In this document: positions 49,586-49,708 of the stretch, one piece after another | Layout of the letters: each line of letters opens with the position of its first letter | How positions within the stretch are numbered: position 1 is the stretch's first letter | Source: Spirogloea muscicola | Lineage: Eukaryota | DNA length: 49,708 nt | NCBI GenBank assembly: GCA_009602725.1 | Contig: WELB01000020.1 | Coordinates: forward strand, 581,992 to 631,699 | Direction: 5' to 3' | Made by a program: the position numbers and the translations under genes | The notes under the pieces: model-generated | Database searches by the model: none | Told to the model about the DNA's origin: nothing | Seen by the model: only the letters and a program-made list of their open reading frames with translations

Positions 49586-49708
<123 letters not shown>

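Overview
Eukaryotic, intron-rich plant-lineage DNA. A streptophyte green alga is my inference from the BSL, SQD2 and plant-type U6 genes; the species cannot be determined from this window. Host genes: a decayed two-module glyoxal-oxidase-like (AA5 copper radical oxidase) pseudogene (610-5245,+); a BSU1/BSL Kelch-PPP phosphatase (7772-15066,+); a U6 snRNA gene with USE/TATA-like promoter (18713-18816,-); a probably secreted three-module glyoxal-oxidase-like gene with Pro-rich extensin-like linkers, in which only module 1 keeps all copper-radical residues (24267-32158,+); an apparently orphan CIR-N exon (35055-35348,-); and SQD2 (45964-49585,-, 5' end cut off). The intergenic blocks (6.7-7.4, 15.6-23.2 and 33.7-45.4 kb) are dense nests of 5'-truncated CRE-like non-LTR retrotransposons (RT, CCHC finger, restriction-like endonuclease). 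These come from many diverged families that share a C-terminal 'SDLxxLTRGY*' peptide. Most also share a ~65-80 nt 3'-terminal sequence foldable as a cloverleaf, seen about 40 times by eye and sometimes as 21-50 nt micro-insertions with target-site duplications. This retroelement system and the multi-module oxidase are the most interesting signals. All coordinates and counts were read by eye.
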